In this document: positions 12,229 through 23,800 of the stretch, piece after piece
Position numbering within the stretch: position 1 is the stretch's first letter
How the letters are laid out: every line of letters starts with the position of its first letter
DNA from: Thecamonas trahens ATCC 50062
Taxonomy: Eukaryota > Protista > Apusomonadida
DNA: 64,000 bases
Assembly (NCBI RefSeq): GCF_000142905.1
Contig: NW_013657617.1
Coordinates: forward strand, 1 to 64,000
Direction: 5' to 3'
Notes under the pieces: model-generated
Told to the model about the DNA's origin: nothing
The model's input: only the letters and a program-made list of their open reading frames with translations
Databases searched by the model: none
Program-made: the position numbers and the translations under genes

Positions 12229-12535
12229 TCGTGTCCATGAGGGTGAAGAAGAGCTGTCATCAACAACCTCATCATACGACGTGTCTGTGCGATCGATGGT
12301 GTTGGTGGGGGACTGAGACCTCGTTGTGATCATGGCTACCGTTCCGTGATTGCAGCTCACGGGTGCTCTTCGCTTTCTCGGGCTCAAAGGATAAAGCTCT
12401 ACGTTTTCCAAAGTACTGACTCGTGTTGGAAGCAGGTCTCAAAGACAAACACACACACACACCTTCCCTTGCAGACGGCTACTGCATGTGCGCGGGCGAA
12501 GCAGTGTCGACGTTTACTACCGCAATCGGGCTCAG

Positions 12536-13528
12536 TCAGCTGTTGATGCCTCGGCTAGCCATCTGAGCCTCTTCAAAGTACCGAATGCCTTGGGACATGG
12601 AGCCAGCGCAGCAGAAGCAAGAGCCGTAACCGCCCAGCGGGATGAGGAAGAGCATGACGAGCACAATGGCTACCACGGTCCCGTTGACGCCTGCGGCGAG
12701 AATGACGGCTCCGACGATCATGTCCACAACCAGCGTCATGCCAAGGAGAATCCGGAAGATCATGAGCAGCGACCGCGACTGCAAGCCAGCGCCGGCACCT
12801 CCGCTGGCCGCCAGTGCCAGATGCCAACCACCGATGACTTGCACAATGGTAGCAAGGGTCTTGAGCTGTGGATCGGCCGCGCACGAGTTGATGTCGGTGT
12901 TGCGGAACGAGCTGCAGATCTTGGACGCAATGACGAGAAGGGCAATGGCAAAGGCGACAAGGAAGAACGAGCCCACAAGGATCTTCATCCGGCTGTCCTT
13001 GATCTCCTGCTTTCGCCGCACGTCATCCATCGAGGCCGGTGCCCGCAGCAGCGGGGCGGACTCGGCCGCAACGACGGGTCGGCCACCCATCGTCGGACTC
13101 GAAGCCGTGGATTCTGGGCCGTGCGGAGCCGGTACCCCAGTCCCCGGATAAGCGTTCCCGTTCGAAGAGGTCGCCGGTGGAGCGGAAACGGTCGATGCGG
13201 TGACCGATGGGGTCGTCGTCGCTGTGACTGGTTCGGGAGGCCCGGACAATGGCTCGACGCCACCCATCGTCGCACTCACAGCTGGTGCCCAAACGCTTGA
13301 AAGGGCATTTCGGGTCGGAGTGGTCGTCGCCGGTGGAGCGGACGAGGTCGAAGTGGCGACCGATGGTGAGCCAGAAAACGGCGTCGTCGCTGCGACGAGT
13401 TCGGGAGGCCTGTGCAATGAAGTTACAGGGGCTTTGGCCAGCACGCTGGCTTTTTCAGCACCTCCAGAAGGTTCCACACGGGTTGCAGACTGGCCAGCAG
13501 CAGGTGGCTGATGAACTTCAGCTTGCAT
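12536..13528 (-). CDS. Membrane protein with Ser/Thr/Pro-rich N-terminus and ~4 C-terminal TM helices
   Basis: Part of ORF 12536..13771. Hydrophobic segments ILVGSFFLVAFAIALLVIA, LLMIFRILLGMTLVVDMIVGAVILA and VVAIVLVMLFLIPLG. The start is a guess (MQAEV). Confidence 0.6.
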   Translation of the reverse strand: MQAEVHQPPAAGQSATRVEPSGGAEKASVLAKAPVTSLHRPPELVAATTPFSGSPSVATSTSSAPPATTTPTRNALSSVWAPAVSATMGGVEPLSGPPEPVTATTTPSVTASTVSAPPATSSNGNAYPGTGVPAPHGPESTASSPTMGGRPVVAAESAPLLRAPASMDDVRRKQEIKDSRMKILVGSFFLVAFAIALLVIASKICSSFRNTDINSCAADPQLKTLATIVQVIGGWHLALAASGGAGAGLQSRSLLMIFRILLGMTLVVDMIVGAVILAAGVNGTVVAIVLVMLFLIPLGGYGSCFCCAGSMSQGIRYFEEAQMASRGINS

Positions 13529-14487
13529 GTTGGCGTCAGCAATCACAGCATTCTGTGCGCTCCTGAATTCCTCCCCCCTCCCCCCGGCCTTGCGTGAGTG
13601 AGTCACATCTCGCCCTATGATCGTGAGCCTGGTACACCTTGCGACGTCAGCCAAGGCTGCTTCATTGCAGTACTTCATCCTCAGGTCGGCGTCCGCCCAG
13701 GAGCATACATATTCTGATGAGAGAGGAGAGTGACAGCTCAATTTCTCATTGTCGAAGTACTGCAGTTGCATAAAATAGGGGTTAGCAATCGATGGCTATC
13801 GGGCTGCAAGTCATCAGAAGCAGCTGGCATCTTGGATGCTGAGCTAGGAGGCTATCAACGACGTGTGCTGAGTGGCTTGGAATCGCGACGGATACGTCGC
13901 GGAAACAGCCACTAGTACCATTCCCCAGCGGGTACATGCGTAGTCGAGAAACTAGAAACTCTCGAGCTGTCGCTCCGCTTGCTCGACCAGCAAAGCCTCG
14001 CGTTAGCCCTCATCATCAGTATCCTCCACGCAACTATCAAGTAGTCAATCACATCTGCGCTGCCAGAAAGTGCCGCGAATAGATGTCTATCGGGCTTTGA
14101 AGTGATATCGATGAAATCGCTCTCGGCTGACCGCAATGCGCTGCTTCGATGGCTCTGAGAACTCCCACCATGCTTCACCTGATAGGTAGTTCATCGCTCT
14201 TGTGGCAATGCCCGTCAATGATGGCGAACAGGGGCAAGTGTGTGGTGGACCAACTCGTGGCTCAAGGCGTGAACACCAACCCCATCTCGATGACCACCCA
14301 CTAGCGCGATTAGCTCGAGCTGTCACCATTGAGGCCGGCTTCGATAGATGTCGTCTAGTCGTCACAGCGTAGCACTAGCATCATGATGGGTGCCCTGAGA
14401 ATGAAATGGGTTGGAGGGGTTCATGGTTGGTATGATAAGCAATGTCACCCTGCCCCGCACAGACTCTGGGACATGTTTATCTCGATG

Positions 14488-15250
14488 TCAATTGGTGGGG
14501 CGGATCATTACGCCCAGAATAGACTTCGAATCGCCAGCTCCCACATACAACTGACCCGGATTGAGCTGGTAGCACTTGGTTGGGCCACCAGTCACCAGGT
14601 TGAAGTTGACACCAGCCGTAGTACCACTAGTAGTAATAGTATCGGTTGCCAGGCCAAGGTAGGTCAGCTCACCAGTTTCTGCCACACTGATTAAGACTGT
14701 TGAGCCCTTGTAACACCCTACGTACGTCTGTGAACCAGCCTGATTTTCTGGAACCCCATTTTGGGCATTGAGCCCACTTTGGAAGTGATAGATAGTACTG
14801 TTCGTATAGTAACCTGCTACCGACTCCTCGAGTTTCACGGACCTCGAGTCAACAACCAATGTGAGACGACGATGCCCTCGGTCTACGTTGGCTGTCCCCT
14901 GCACCACCCGGGCCAGCTGTTGCGTTGCCAGCAGCCAATGTCCGTCAGCCCGCATCTCGAGCTCGAGCTCGAGGTCGGTGACCAGCAGCGACGAGGCAGC
15001 GAACGACAACGAGTCGAGGCGGAGGACCAGACTGGTGCGGTTACCGGTAAGCTGGATCCCTGAGGTCCGGAGAGGCGCAGCTGCTGGTCATATCTGCAGA
15101 GCCAGCTCGGATCGACCGGTACCGTGGACCAGCTCCAGCGGGATGGCCAGCATGCCCATCGTTGCCGCCATCGGCCCGCTCCCGTGGCTCCTCCCCTCCT
15201 CGCCGTCGCCCACCAGAATAACAGACGAAGGACTCTGGCATTTGCCATGG
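14488..15250 (-). pseudogene. Pseudogene-like or chimeric coding fragment
   Basis: ORF 14488..15009 continues upstream in frame across a TGA (...ELALQI*PAAAPLRT...). Base composition changes near 14870. Confidence 0.35.
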
Positions 15251-15447
15251 CGCATGCCATCTATCCAGCCGCCGGTGACTCGGTGTCGCGACCATCATCA
15301 TCAGGAAAGTCATCGTGTGGCTGACGCAGCGTTGTGGCGGAGCACACGGACTCCGCCACATTTTTCCGACGCAACCTCCGCAAACACCCGCTCTCGCGAC
15401 TCCGGACGGGAAAGCTCAGCATCACTCTCTCTTTCTCTGATATCACC

Positions 15448-16041
15448 ATGTCCGCCTCTGCCTTTGAGCTTCCGCCGCTTCCTTACGCTATGGATGCGCT
15501 TGCGCCGCACATCTCGCAGGAGACGCTCGAGTATCACTACGGCAAGCATCACCAGGGCTACGTCAACAAGCTGAACAAGCAAATTCCCGGGTCCGAGTAC
15601 GAGGGCAAGTCGCTGGAGGAGATCGTGACGAGTGCGAGCGGTGGTGTCTTCAACAACGCCGCCCAGGTGTGGAACCACTCGTTCTACTGGCAGTGCCTCA
15701 GCCCGAACGGCGGCGGGAAGCCCGTCGATGGGCCCTTTGCTCAGGCTCTCGTCGATGCTTTTGGCTCCATCGACGCCTTTGTCGACGCATACTCTCAGGC
15801 CATCGCCACTGTCTTTGGCTCGGGCTGGGCCTGGCTGGTCAAGAATCAGGACGGCAAGCTGGAGATCGTCTGCACCAAGGACGCCGGCTGCCCCATCACT
15901 GATGGCCTCATCCCCATCCTCACCTGTGACGTCTGGGAGCACGCGTACTACATCGACTACCGCAACTCGCGTCCCAACTACATCGAGGCCTTCTGGCAGC
16001 TCGTCAACTGGGACTTTGCCGCCGCACAGTTTGCTGCATGA
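15448..16041 (+). CDS. sodB: Iron superoxide dismutase (Fe/Mn-SOD family, SodB-like)
   Basis: FELPPLPY, YHYGKHH, FNNAAQVWNH (Fe-type), FGSGWAWLV, DVWEHAYYIDYRN. No obvious targeting peptide. Confidence 0.95.
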   Translation: MSASAFELPPLPYAMDALAPHISQETLEYHYGKHHQGYVNKLNKQIPGSEYEGKSLEEIVTSASGGVFNNAAQVWNHSFYWQCLSPNGGGKPVDGPFAQALVDAFGSIDAFVDAYSQAIATVFGSGWAWLVKNQDGKLEIVCTKDAGCPITDGLIPILTCDVWEHAYYIDYRNSRPNYIEAFWQLVNWDFAAAQFAA

Positions 16042-16268
16042 GCTCGCCAGACGGCGGCGCCGCACAGACACGCTAGACAAAGACCATGGTCATGGTAAAC
16101 CTATCCTTCTTGAGCAAGGCGGCGATCAGGTGGCGATCGGGTGGCCTGTGTGGCGGAGGCGGTGGCGGAGCAGCGCCGCGCAAAAAATGAAAGCAACAAC
16201 TCCGCGCGCCGTACCTCTACCACGCCACACGCCTCACGCCGCATCCTCACCACATCGCCACGGATACC

Positions 16269-17523
16269 ATGTCTCGCAAGCACCAGAACGATAGCCGCAT
16301 CCCGGTCACAGTTCTTTCTGGCTTCCTCGGAGCCGGCAAGACGACGACACTCAACAAGCTGCTCTCGAACAAGGCCGGTGCCAAGCTGGCGGTCATCGTC
16401 AACGACATGTCCGAGGTCAACGTCGACGCCATGCTCGTCAAGCAGAGCAAGGACGAGATGATTGAGCTCTCCAACGGGTGTATCTGCTGCACCCTGCATG
16501 GCGATCTCCTCGACTCCATCGCCGCAGTCGTCAAAGAGCGCTCCGTTGACGGCCTCGACGGCATCGTCATCGAGTCCACCGGCATTTCCGAGCCGCTACC
16601 GGTGGCGCAGACGCTCTCACTCGACCCTGCCGAGCTTGGCGACGACAGCCTGACCTCGGTTGCTGATCTGGTGTACGTCGATACGATGGTGACTGTGGTG
16701 GACGGGCCGGCCTTGCTGGCCCGGCTCGCCGCCGGCGAGGATCTCATCAGCCTGAGCATGGCCGAGAACGACGACGACGATCGGACTGTCGCCGACCTGC
16801 TCATCGACCAGATCGAGTTTGCCGACGTCATCCTGGTCAACAAGGCTGACGTCGCCACCAAGGACGAGATCGACACCGTCGTGGCCCTTGTCCGCCGGCT
16901 CAACAGGAATGCGCGCGTCATTACCACCATCCACGGCCTCGTCGAGCCTAAGGCCATTTTCGGCACCCGCCGATTCAATCTTGACGTCGCTGAGACCGCG
17001 CCTGGCTGGCTCCAGGAGCTTCTTGGTGTCCACACTCCCGAGACGGAGGAGTATGGCATCTCCTCCTTTGTCTATCGCAGCAAGACGCCGTTCAGTACGC
17101 AGCGGATGTTCGATCTTGCAGACGCCGACGACACGCCGTTTGGGCAGACCGTCATCCGCGCCAAGGGCTTCCTCTGCTCACTCCTGACGAGATGGCTCTC
17201 GGCCCTGAGGCATGGGCTGACATGGCTGATCCGCTTGAGGAGTGGGACGGTGGGCTGTCGCACCGTCCAGCGAGTGGCCGGAAGACCCCATCATGCGCAA
17301 GGAGATCAAGAAAAACTGGGATCCGCGCTGGGGCGATCGCGCCACAGAGCTCGTCTGTATCGGCGTCAACATGGACAAGGCGGTCATCACAGAGGCCCTC
17401 AATGCATGTCTGCTCACTCCTGACGAGATGGCTCTCGGCCCTGAGGCATGGGCTGACATGGCTGATCCGCTTGAGGAGTGGGACGATGCGACCGAGGCGC
17501 ATGGCGACAATCACCAGCACTAA
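16269..17523 (+). CDS. COG0523 / CobW-ZigA-YciC metallochaperone GTPase (C-terminal domain interrupted)
   Basis: GFLGAGKTT, IVNDMSEVNVD, ELSNGCICC, ESTGISEP, NKAD, HTPETEEYGISSFVYR, RAKGF. The C-terminus (WGDRATELVCIG...) lies in another frame, after a 77-bp duplicated block. Confidence 0.92.
17173..17485 (+). repeat. Exact 77-bp direct repeat (17173-17249 and 17409-17485)
   Basis: tctgctcactcctgacgagatgg...gaggagtgggacg occurs twice, identical. Confidence 0.95.
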
Positions 17524-17922
17524 AGCTGGATGCCGGCCTGATCCGAGAGAATGACAACGAGATCATGCCCATGATAGGCAGCTCGGACAGAAAGCCAGCA
17601 TGCTCCTCTCCCCCATCCATCGCCAAACCCATCCATTCCATGGATAATCATATTTTTTCTCGTCCAACTCAATCATCCCCCTCCAAGCACCACACACACG
17701 TACAACAACCCCAAACCTCATTCTCACAACATTCATAACCCATCACACTGCCTCTCAACCGAGCCATCAATCTCCTCTGCCATCACTTCCTTTTCCCACC
17801 ACTTGGCCCATCCATCGTCAGCCCCGGCTCAAAACCATTTCATTGATCGCTCCGCCTCACTCCGCCCGACTTCCCCGCTTCATGTCCCCACGCCCTTGCC
17901 GGCAATACTTTGTTTACACTTA

Positions 17923-19944
17923 TCAGTCAAGGCCCTCGACCTCGTCGACCGACTCGTCGAGGATGGCGGTAAAGTGATCCTGCAGCTCGTTGTATTTTGC
18001 GGTGACGGCCTCGAGCTTGATGTTCGCCGCAGCGAGCTGCTCCCGCTGAATACGGTTGGTCATCTCGAGAATGTCGTTCTGGGCGCGGATGGCATCGCGT
18101 TCGCCGTATGCCTCGTCGCGCGTCTTGACCGTCTCTTCGTGGGCTTTGAGCGCGTCGTGCATCTTCTTGCTGAGCGTGTCGTGATCGCGCTGCGCGTCAC
18201 GAACCTGTCGCGACGCCTCTTGCAACTGCGTCCGGAGCTCGTCGCGCTCGTCGGCGAGCGCACCCATCTCACTCTGCAGTGCAGTCTCGCGTGCCCGACT
18301 TGCCTCGAGCTCGGTGGTGAGCCGGGCGATGGTCTCGTCGCGATCGCGCTGCTCCTCGCTAGCTGCGGCAAGGAGCTCATCACGGGCGGCGAGCTCTGCC
18401 TTGAGCGCAGCGAGCTCGGCGGACTCTGCGGGAGCGGGGTCGTCTCGAGATGGCGGCGGCGAGGCCAGTGGCTGCGAGGCGGGTGATGCCGGGCGGAGTG
18501 GGGCAAAGCTGAGCGGCGAGACAACGCTGCCCGGTGCAGCGACCGTTTCTGAGCCGAGCAACGGACACGAGTCGGCGAGCTGCTGGGTGGCGACCTCAGC
18601 GACAACGACGCTGCGCGGGAGCGAACCCGAAGCCGAGAGCGTCGGTGGCGGGGTGCGTGCCTCCATGGCGGCTTGAAGGACGGCGAGGGTGCCATCGGCA
18701 GCTCCGGGCTCACTGGTAGCCCAGGGAAGTGAGCCGACGACATCAACCGGGCGGAGACCCTCAAGGTTGTAGGCGTAGGGCGTGGCGCCAGCACCCAGCA
18801 GCGCCCGGACGGCAGCTAGGTTGGAGCCGGCGGCAGCGCGATGCAGCGGCGTATCGCCGGACAGATTTCTCGCCTCGACGTCGAGTGCACGGGTTCGGGG
18901 TGGGCTGTCTTCGCGTGTGAGCTTCAGTATGGCGGTGAGGACGTCAGGCGAGGAGGCGACGGCCTTGTGCAGCGGTGTGTCGCCGGCGATGTTCGTGGCG
19001 GTCACGTCGGCGCCAACTGCCAGCAGCCAGCGGACACACTCGGCGTGGCCGTGGTAGGCAGCGAGATGAAGCGGAGTCCATCCGGATCCATCCCGTGCGT
19101 CAAGCAGCGACCGCGCTGCACGCATGGGCGAGCCGCTCGGTGGGCTCGTCTCCACCGCCACCGGCATCGAGCGCCGGACGGGAGACGCGCCGGTGCCGTC
19201 GCCAATGGTCCCGCCTTGGCTCTCAGCACCAGCCTGGGCGTCAGCACCAACCTGGGCATCAGTACCAGCCTGGGCATCAGCACCAGCCTGGGCATCAGCA
19301 CCAGCCTGGGCGTCAGCACCAGCCTGGGCATCAGCACCAGCCTGGGCGTCAGCACCAGCCTGGGCATCAGCACCAGCCTGGGCATCAGCACCAGCCTGGG
19401 CGTCAGCACCAGCCTGGGCATCAGCACCAGCCTGGGCATCAGCACCAGCCTGGGCGTCAGCACCAGCCTGGGCGTCAGCACCAGCCTGGGCATCAGCACC
19501 AGCCTGGGCGTCAGCACCAGCCTGGGCATCAGCACCAGCTTGCCCGTCTCCACCGTTTCCTCCGTCTCCACCGTCTCCACCGTCTCCGCCGTCTCCGCCG
19601 TCTCCGCCGTCAGCGACCAGTCCATCTGCACCGACCTGTCCGTCTTCAGCGACCTGTCCGTCTTTGGCAACCTGGACCCCCTCTACGACATGTCCGTCCC
19701 CAGCAAGCTGTCCCCCTTCAGCGACCTGTACCTCCTCAGCGACCTGTACCCCCTCAGCGACCTGTCCCCCCTCAGCGACCTGTCCCCCAACGCCCCCATG
19801 GCCGACCCCCTCCTGACCGACCTCCCCAGCAGGAGCAGGTGGGCGTGGAGGAGGCAGGCCGACGGCATGGGCAAGGGCCACCACATCGCCTGCCGTGGCA
19901 GCAGCAAGGACTCGGCTAGTAAGCGAGGGAGATGCCGCTCGCAT
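17923..19944 (-). CDS. Ankyrin-repeat protein with low-complexity insert and C-terminal coiled coil
   Basis: GWTPLHLAAYHGH, GDTPLHKAV, GDTPLHRAA. Heptad-rich E/A/L/R C-terminus. Confidence 0.9.
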   Translation of the reverse strand: MRAASPSLTSRVLAAATAGDVVALAHAVGLPPPRPPAPAGEVGQEGVGHGGVGGQVAEGGQVAEGVQVAEEVQVAEGGQLAGDGHVVEGVQVAKDGQVAEDGQVGADGLVADGGDGGDGGDGGDGGDGGNGGDGQAGADAQAGADAQAGADAQAGADAQAGADAQAGADAQAGADAQAGADAQAGADAQAGADAQAGADAQAGADAQAGADAQAGADAQAGADAQAGTDAQVGADAQAGAESQGGTIGDGTGASPVRRSMPVAVETSPPSGSPMRAARSLLDARDGSGWTPLHLAAYHGHAECVRWLLAVGADVTATNIAGDTPLHKAVASSPDVLTAILKLTREDSPPRTRALDVEARNLSGDTPLHRAAAGSNLAAVRALLGAGATPYAYNLEGLRPVDVVGSLPWATSEPGAADGTLAVLQAAMEARTPPPTLSASGSLPRSVVVAEVATQQLADSCPLLGSETVAAPGSVVSPLSFAPLRPASPASQPLASPPPSRDDPAPAESAELAALKAELAARDELLAAASEEQRDRDETIARLTTELEASRARETALQSEMGALADERDELRTQLQEASRQVRDAQRDHDTLSKKMHDALKAHEETVKTRDEAYGERDAIRAQNDILEMTNRIQREQLAAANIKLEAVTAKYNELQDHFTAILDESVDEVEGLD
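19219..19542 (-). repeat. Coding minisatellite, 18 x 18 bp (QAGADA)
   Basis: Unit CAGGCTGGTGCTGA(T/C)GCC on the minus strand. Adjacent 9-bp (GDG) and degenerate 18-bp (GQVAEG) repeats extend to ~19790. Confidence 0.95.
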
Positions 19945-20237
19945 GGGTGGCTGTAGTGTGTGTCAGGAACAATGGCTTGGGCCTCCCTCCGGTTGGCCTC
20001 GGCGGCGGATTGGCGACACGTGCGTGGGGTCAGGCGAGGTGGGAGGGAGAGGGGGGAGGGGGTCGGGGTGGGTGGGGGTGGGTGGGGGAAGGGGGGGTGG
20101 GGAAGGGGCGGCTGACAGGCGATGGAATGGTGGGCGCCAGGTTTTTGGGCGGTACGGTATTTTTTTTCTCGGGGAAGGCAAGGGGGGGGGAAGGGCGGGA
20201 AGGGGGGAAGGGGGGAAGGGGATGGAGAGGGGAGGGG

Positions 20238-20613
20238 NNNNNNNNNNNNNNNNNNNNNNNNNNNNNNNNNNNNNNNNNNNNNNNNNNNNNNNNNNNNNNN
20301 NNNNNNNNNNNNNNNNNNNNNNNNNNNNNNNNNNNNNNNNNNNNNNNNNNNNNNNNNNNNNNNNNNNNNNNNNNNNNNNNNNNNNNNNNNNNNNNNNNNN
20401 NNNNNNNNNNNNNNNNNNNNNNNNNNNNNNNNNNNNNNNNNNNNNNNNNNNNNNNNNNNNNNNNNNNNNNNNNNNNNNNNNNNNNNNNNNNNNNNNNNNN
20501 NNNNNNNNNNNNNNNNNNNNNNNNNNNNNNNNNNNNNNNNNNNNNNNNNNNNNNNNNNNNNNNNNNNNNNNNNNNNNNNNNNNNNNNNNNNNNNNNNNNN
20601 NNNNNNNNNNNNN
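20238..20613. other. Assembly gap (others at 30977-31076, 43392-43848, 46806-47067, 53730-53829)
   Basis: Runs of N, each bordered on at least one side by a poly-G or poly-C tract. Confidence 1.
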
Positions 20614-20868
20614 GGGGGGGGGAGGAAACGGGCGAGGGGAAGAGAAGGAGAGATGGATGGAGGAAGTGGAGGGGGAGGGGAGAGGAGGAGGGCCGACATG
20701 TGACAGAGTAGTGGACGGATGCTGTTGGGCGTCAGGTTCTTGAACAGCGTTTTTTTCCGGGGTCGGGGGGAGCGTGTCGTTGCTGCTCGCCACAGCATCG
20801 TCCCGCAGATCACCCACTGGCTCCGCCCGCGCGAACGCCTCCTGTAGCAGATAGCGTGTATTGTTTAC

Positions 20869-23800
20869 CTACCAAACCCACCGCCACTCATCCACCACCA
20901 CCACTCCGGATCCCACGTATCCGGTCACAACGCCGACCTTGGTCCCATCAACCACGCTTGCCTCGATCGCACGCCGCTGCGCTGCCACAGCCTGCAGTCC
21001 GACATGCGCCCGGCCGACTTCGCGCGCCTCATCGTCTGCAAGCGACACCACAAGCTCGATGTCTCCCACTTCAAATCCGTGCGCAATCGCAAGCTCGCTG
21101 CTGCTTCCGTTGTTGTCCAGCTCGCCGCTTCGCCCGATCTCAGCACCGTTCACCAGCGCCCGGAGAACCACAGAGATCGCCTCTGTCGGCATCCCGCTCA
21201 TCGTCAGCCGCCGGACCGCCACACTCATGATACTTCCGCGCACCTCGCCCTCCATCACCACACAGCTGCTCATTACCAGTGACGCTCCGCTTTCGCCAAA
21301 GCTGAACCGTGCCCCGCTCCCTCCGCTGGCCACAGCCATCATCCGCAGCGTCGTGTCAAAGCTCGCCTCGCCGTAGCAAACCTCCACACCGCGGTCGAGC
21401 GCTTGCTTCCCCACCACAACCTCCATTTCGCTCATCTTGACCGCTCCGGGCGCGCTCTCATACACCACCCGCCCATCTACCCGCATCACCACAGGCTGCA
21501 GCGCAGCCGCGCCCTTGACCACCGCGGCGCCTTCGAGCGTCGCAGACAGACACACTCCGCATCCGTTCGACATCTCCGTCGCCGCACCCGCCACAACCTC
21601 GCTCAGCGACACAATCTGCACCACCCCGCCCGAGGCCACTCCGCCGCCAGCAAGCAAGTTGGCCATCGTCACCCGGTTCCGCGCCCCGCCCACAACCACA
21701 GTCAGCGCCGCGTCGCACGCCAAAGTCGCCACCCACTTGGCATTGCTGCCAAAGCTCCGCGCCAGTGCTTTGCCGTCCTCTGTCCACACCTCCACGCTCG
21801 CCGCATTGGCCCACTCACCGCGCGTCGTGCACCGCAGCACCGTAGAAGAGAGCCAGCGCTCATCGCACACCCGCTCGTCCAGCGGCATGCATCCGTCGCG
21901 CGCGTCGTCCGTCCACCACACGTCGGCCCCAACCATTTGTCCGCTGTCGCGCCGCAGGCCGTACCGGTGCGCCTCGCCGCGTGCACGCGCCAGGATCGTG
22001 CCCAGCGGCACCTCCATCGCCCCGCGTCTGCTCCGATCCTTGCCGTCGAGCACCTCGATCCGCACGCTGCTTGTACTTGCGCTTGCAGCCGGAAGCGTTA
22101 CTCCCACACCCTCGCGCACAGATATCGCGCTGCCCAGCGTCCGACACCAGACCTCACCGTCCATGCTCAGCTGCACAAACCCGCTTGGGCGCGCTCCGGC
22201 CTCGCGCACAAACACTGTCACAGTCTCCGACTGCTCGCCCATCGGCTCCGGATCAAACACCAGCCGTGTCACCCGCATCGTCCCATGCGCCGCGCGCTCA
22301 AGTCGGAGCGGCGGACCAACTCCGCCGAGCCCGAGCACTTGGTTTGTCCACGCCACCCGGCCCACCAGATCGTGGTCGCCGTTGCTATCCCAGTCCCACA
22401 CCTCGACCACAACAGGCAGCGCCGCCAGCGGGATGCGCAACTCGCTAAACTCGGCGTTGCTCGCGTTCTTCTGCATACCGCTCACATGCACCACTCCGCA
22501 CACGCCACGTACAACCAAGAACGGATCACTCGCAGAGAGGCTGTCGTGCGACGGTAGATTGCTGCAGCCAAGGCTGACCACCACCGCACCGCCGTCGGCA
22601 TCGCTGCGCCATGGTAGCGCAGCAGCAGCGGCGGCGACAGCCTCGCTCACGCTCACAAACGCCATTGGCGGCTCAGTCGCGATCGCCATCATGCCCACCA
22701 CGTTGCTCCCGTCATCCGTCATCACCACTCCACCACGGCTCTGCGGGAATCCGATCGCAGACACGTCGAGCGTCACACGGCCCACCACTTGCTGCGTGCC
22801 GTTCCTGTCCACCTCAACCGCTTCAAGCTCAACACCTGTCGATGCCACCACCTGCTGCAGCTCGTACACCTCTGCACCGCCGGCAAACACAGCCGAGTGC
22901 CACTGATCTGTCCGAAACATCACAGACTTGTCGCCCGAACTCTTCAGCCCATGCACCCGTGCCAACGGAATGATCACTCCCTCGCCGCTCTCGCGCCCGC
23001 CGTCTGCCGGGCCGGCCACAGCGCGATGAATCGTCAGGTACCCATTTCGCTTCCTACTGCCGCGCCACGCGTAGTCCCATGTCAGCGTTGCGTCAGCAAC
23101 GTCAAGCTCTCCGTCCAGCACAGTCCTCATCTCCCACGATGGCGTGATCGCAACGATCCGGACAAAGACCTGCGACCCGGGCGCCGCGCTCACACACAGT
23201 GCCCGCCACTCGGCCTGGCCCGACACCACCCCCGTGCTCATGCCGACCCCGAGCACATCTCGCTGCCCCGCATCGAGCACAACAGCCTTCAGCCGTGTTC
23301 CATCCTTGACACCGATCCCGCCCGCAGTGACAGAGAGCACATACCCCTCGTCCCACGCCGGGCGCACACCGTCGTCGTCGCCGGTCTCGCCAGCCTCGCC
23401 ACTCACCAGTGTCATCTGTATGCTACCGCCACGCATTTCTGCTACGTGCCGGAGCCCAGGCGCCGCCGCCGCAAACAGCGCCGGTGTCACACGCGTCGAG
23501 TCCATCATCACGCCGTCTGGTCCGTACACCCGCAGTTCCATGCCCGTCCATCCAGACGCCGCAACACGGGCCGCGTGCCCAGACACCCGGTAATCGCTCC
23601 CGGCTCTCCGCGATCGGTACACCGCACCTCTCACTCCGGGCACCCCGAGCTCCATATACCCACCAGGTGTACCCACCGTGCCCTCGATCCACAGCGATAG
23701 CGCCGGACTCGGCTCACCTGAACCTGCGACCTCCGCATCGTACCTCAGCTCCTGCATCGCCAGCACACCCGACAACTTGCCAAAGCCGCTCCACCAGTAC

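Noticed and set aside
15448-17523. Bacterial contamination of the assembly
   Set aside because: The genes are contiguous with intron-containing eukaryotic genes, share their codon style and show no Shine-Dalgarno context.
19219-19542. CRISPR-like array
   Set aside because: Contiguous tandem units with no spacers, in frame within a CDS.
19683-20817. ORFs spanning N gaps (also near 31000, 43600 and 46900)
   Set aside because: Artefacts of translating through Ns and poly-G/C tracts.
7555-20871. Stop-codon reassignment (in-frame TGA at ~7555 and ~15090, TAG at ~5166 and ~20869)
   Set aside because: TGA, TAG and TAA all terminate well-conserved genes here (SOD, HSP20, TyrRS). The cases are better explained by frameshifts or decay.
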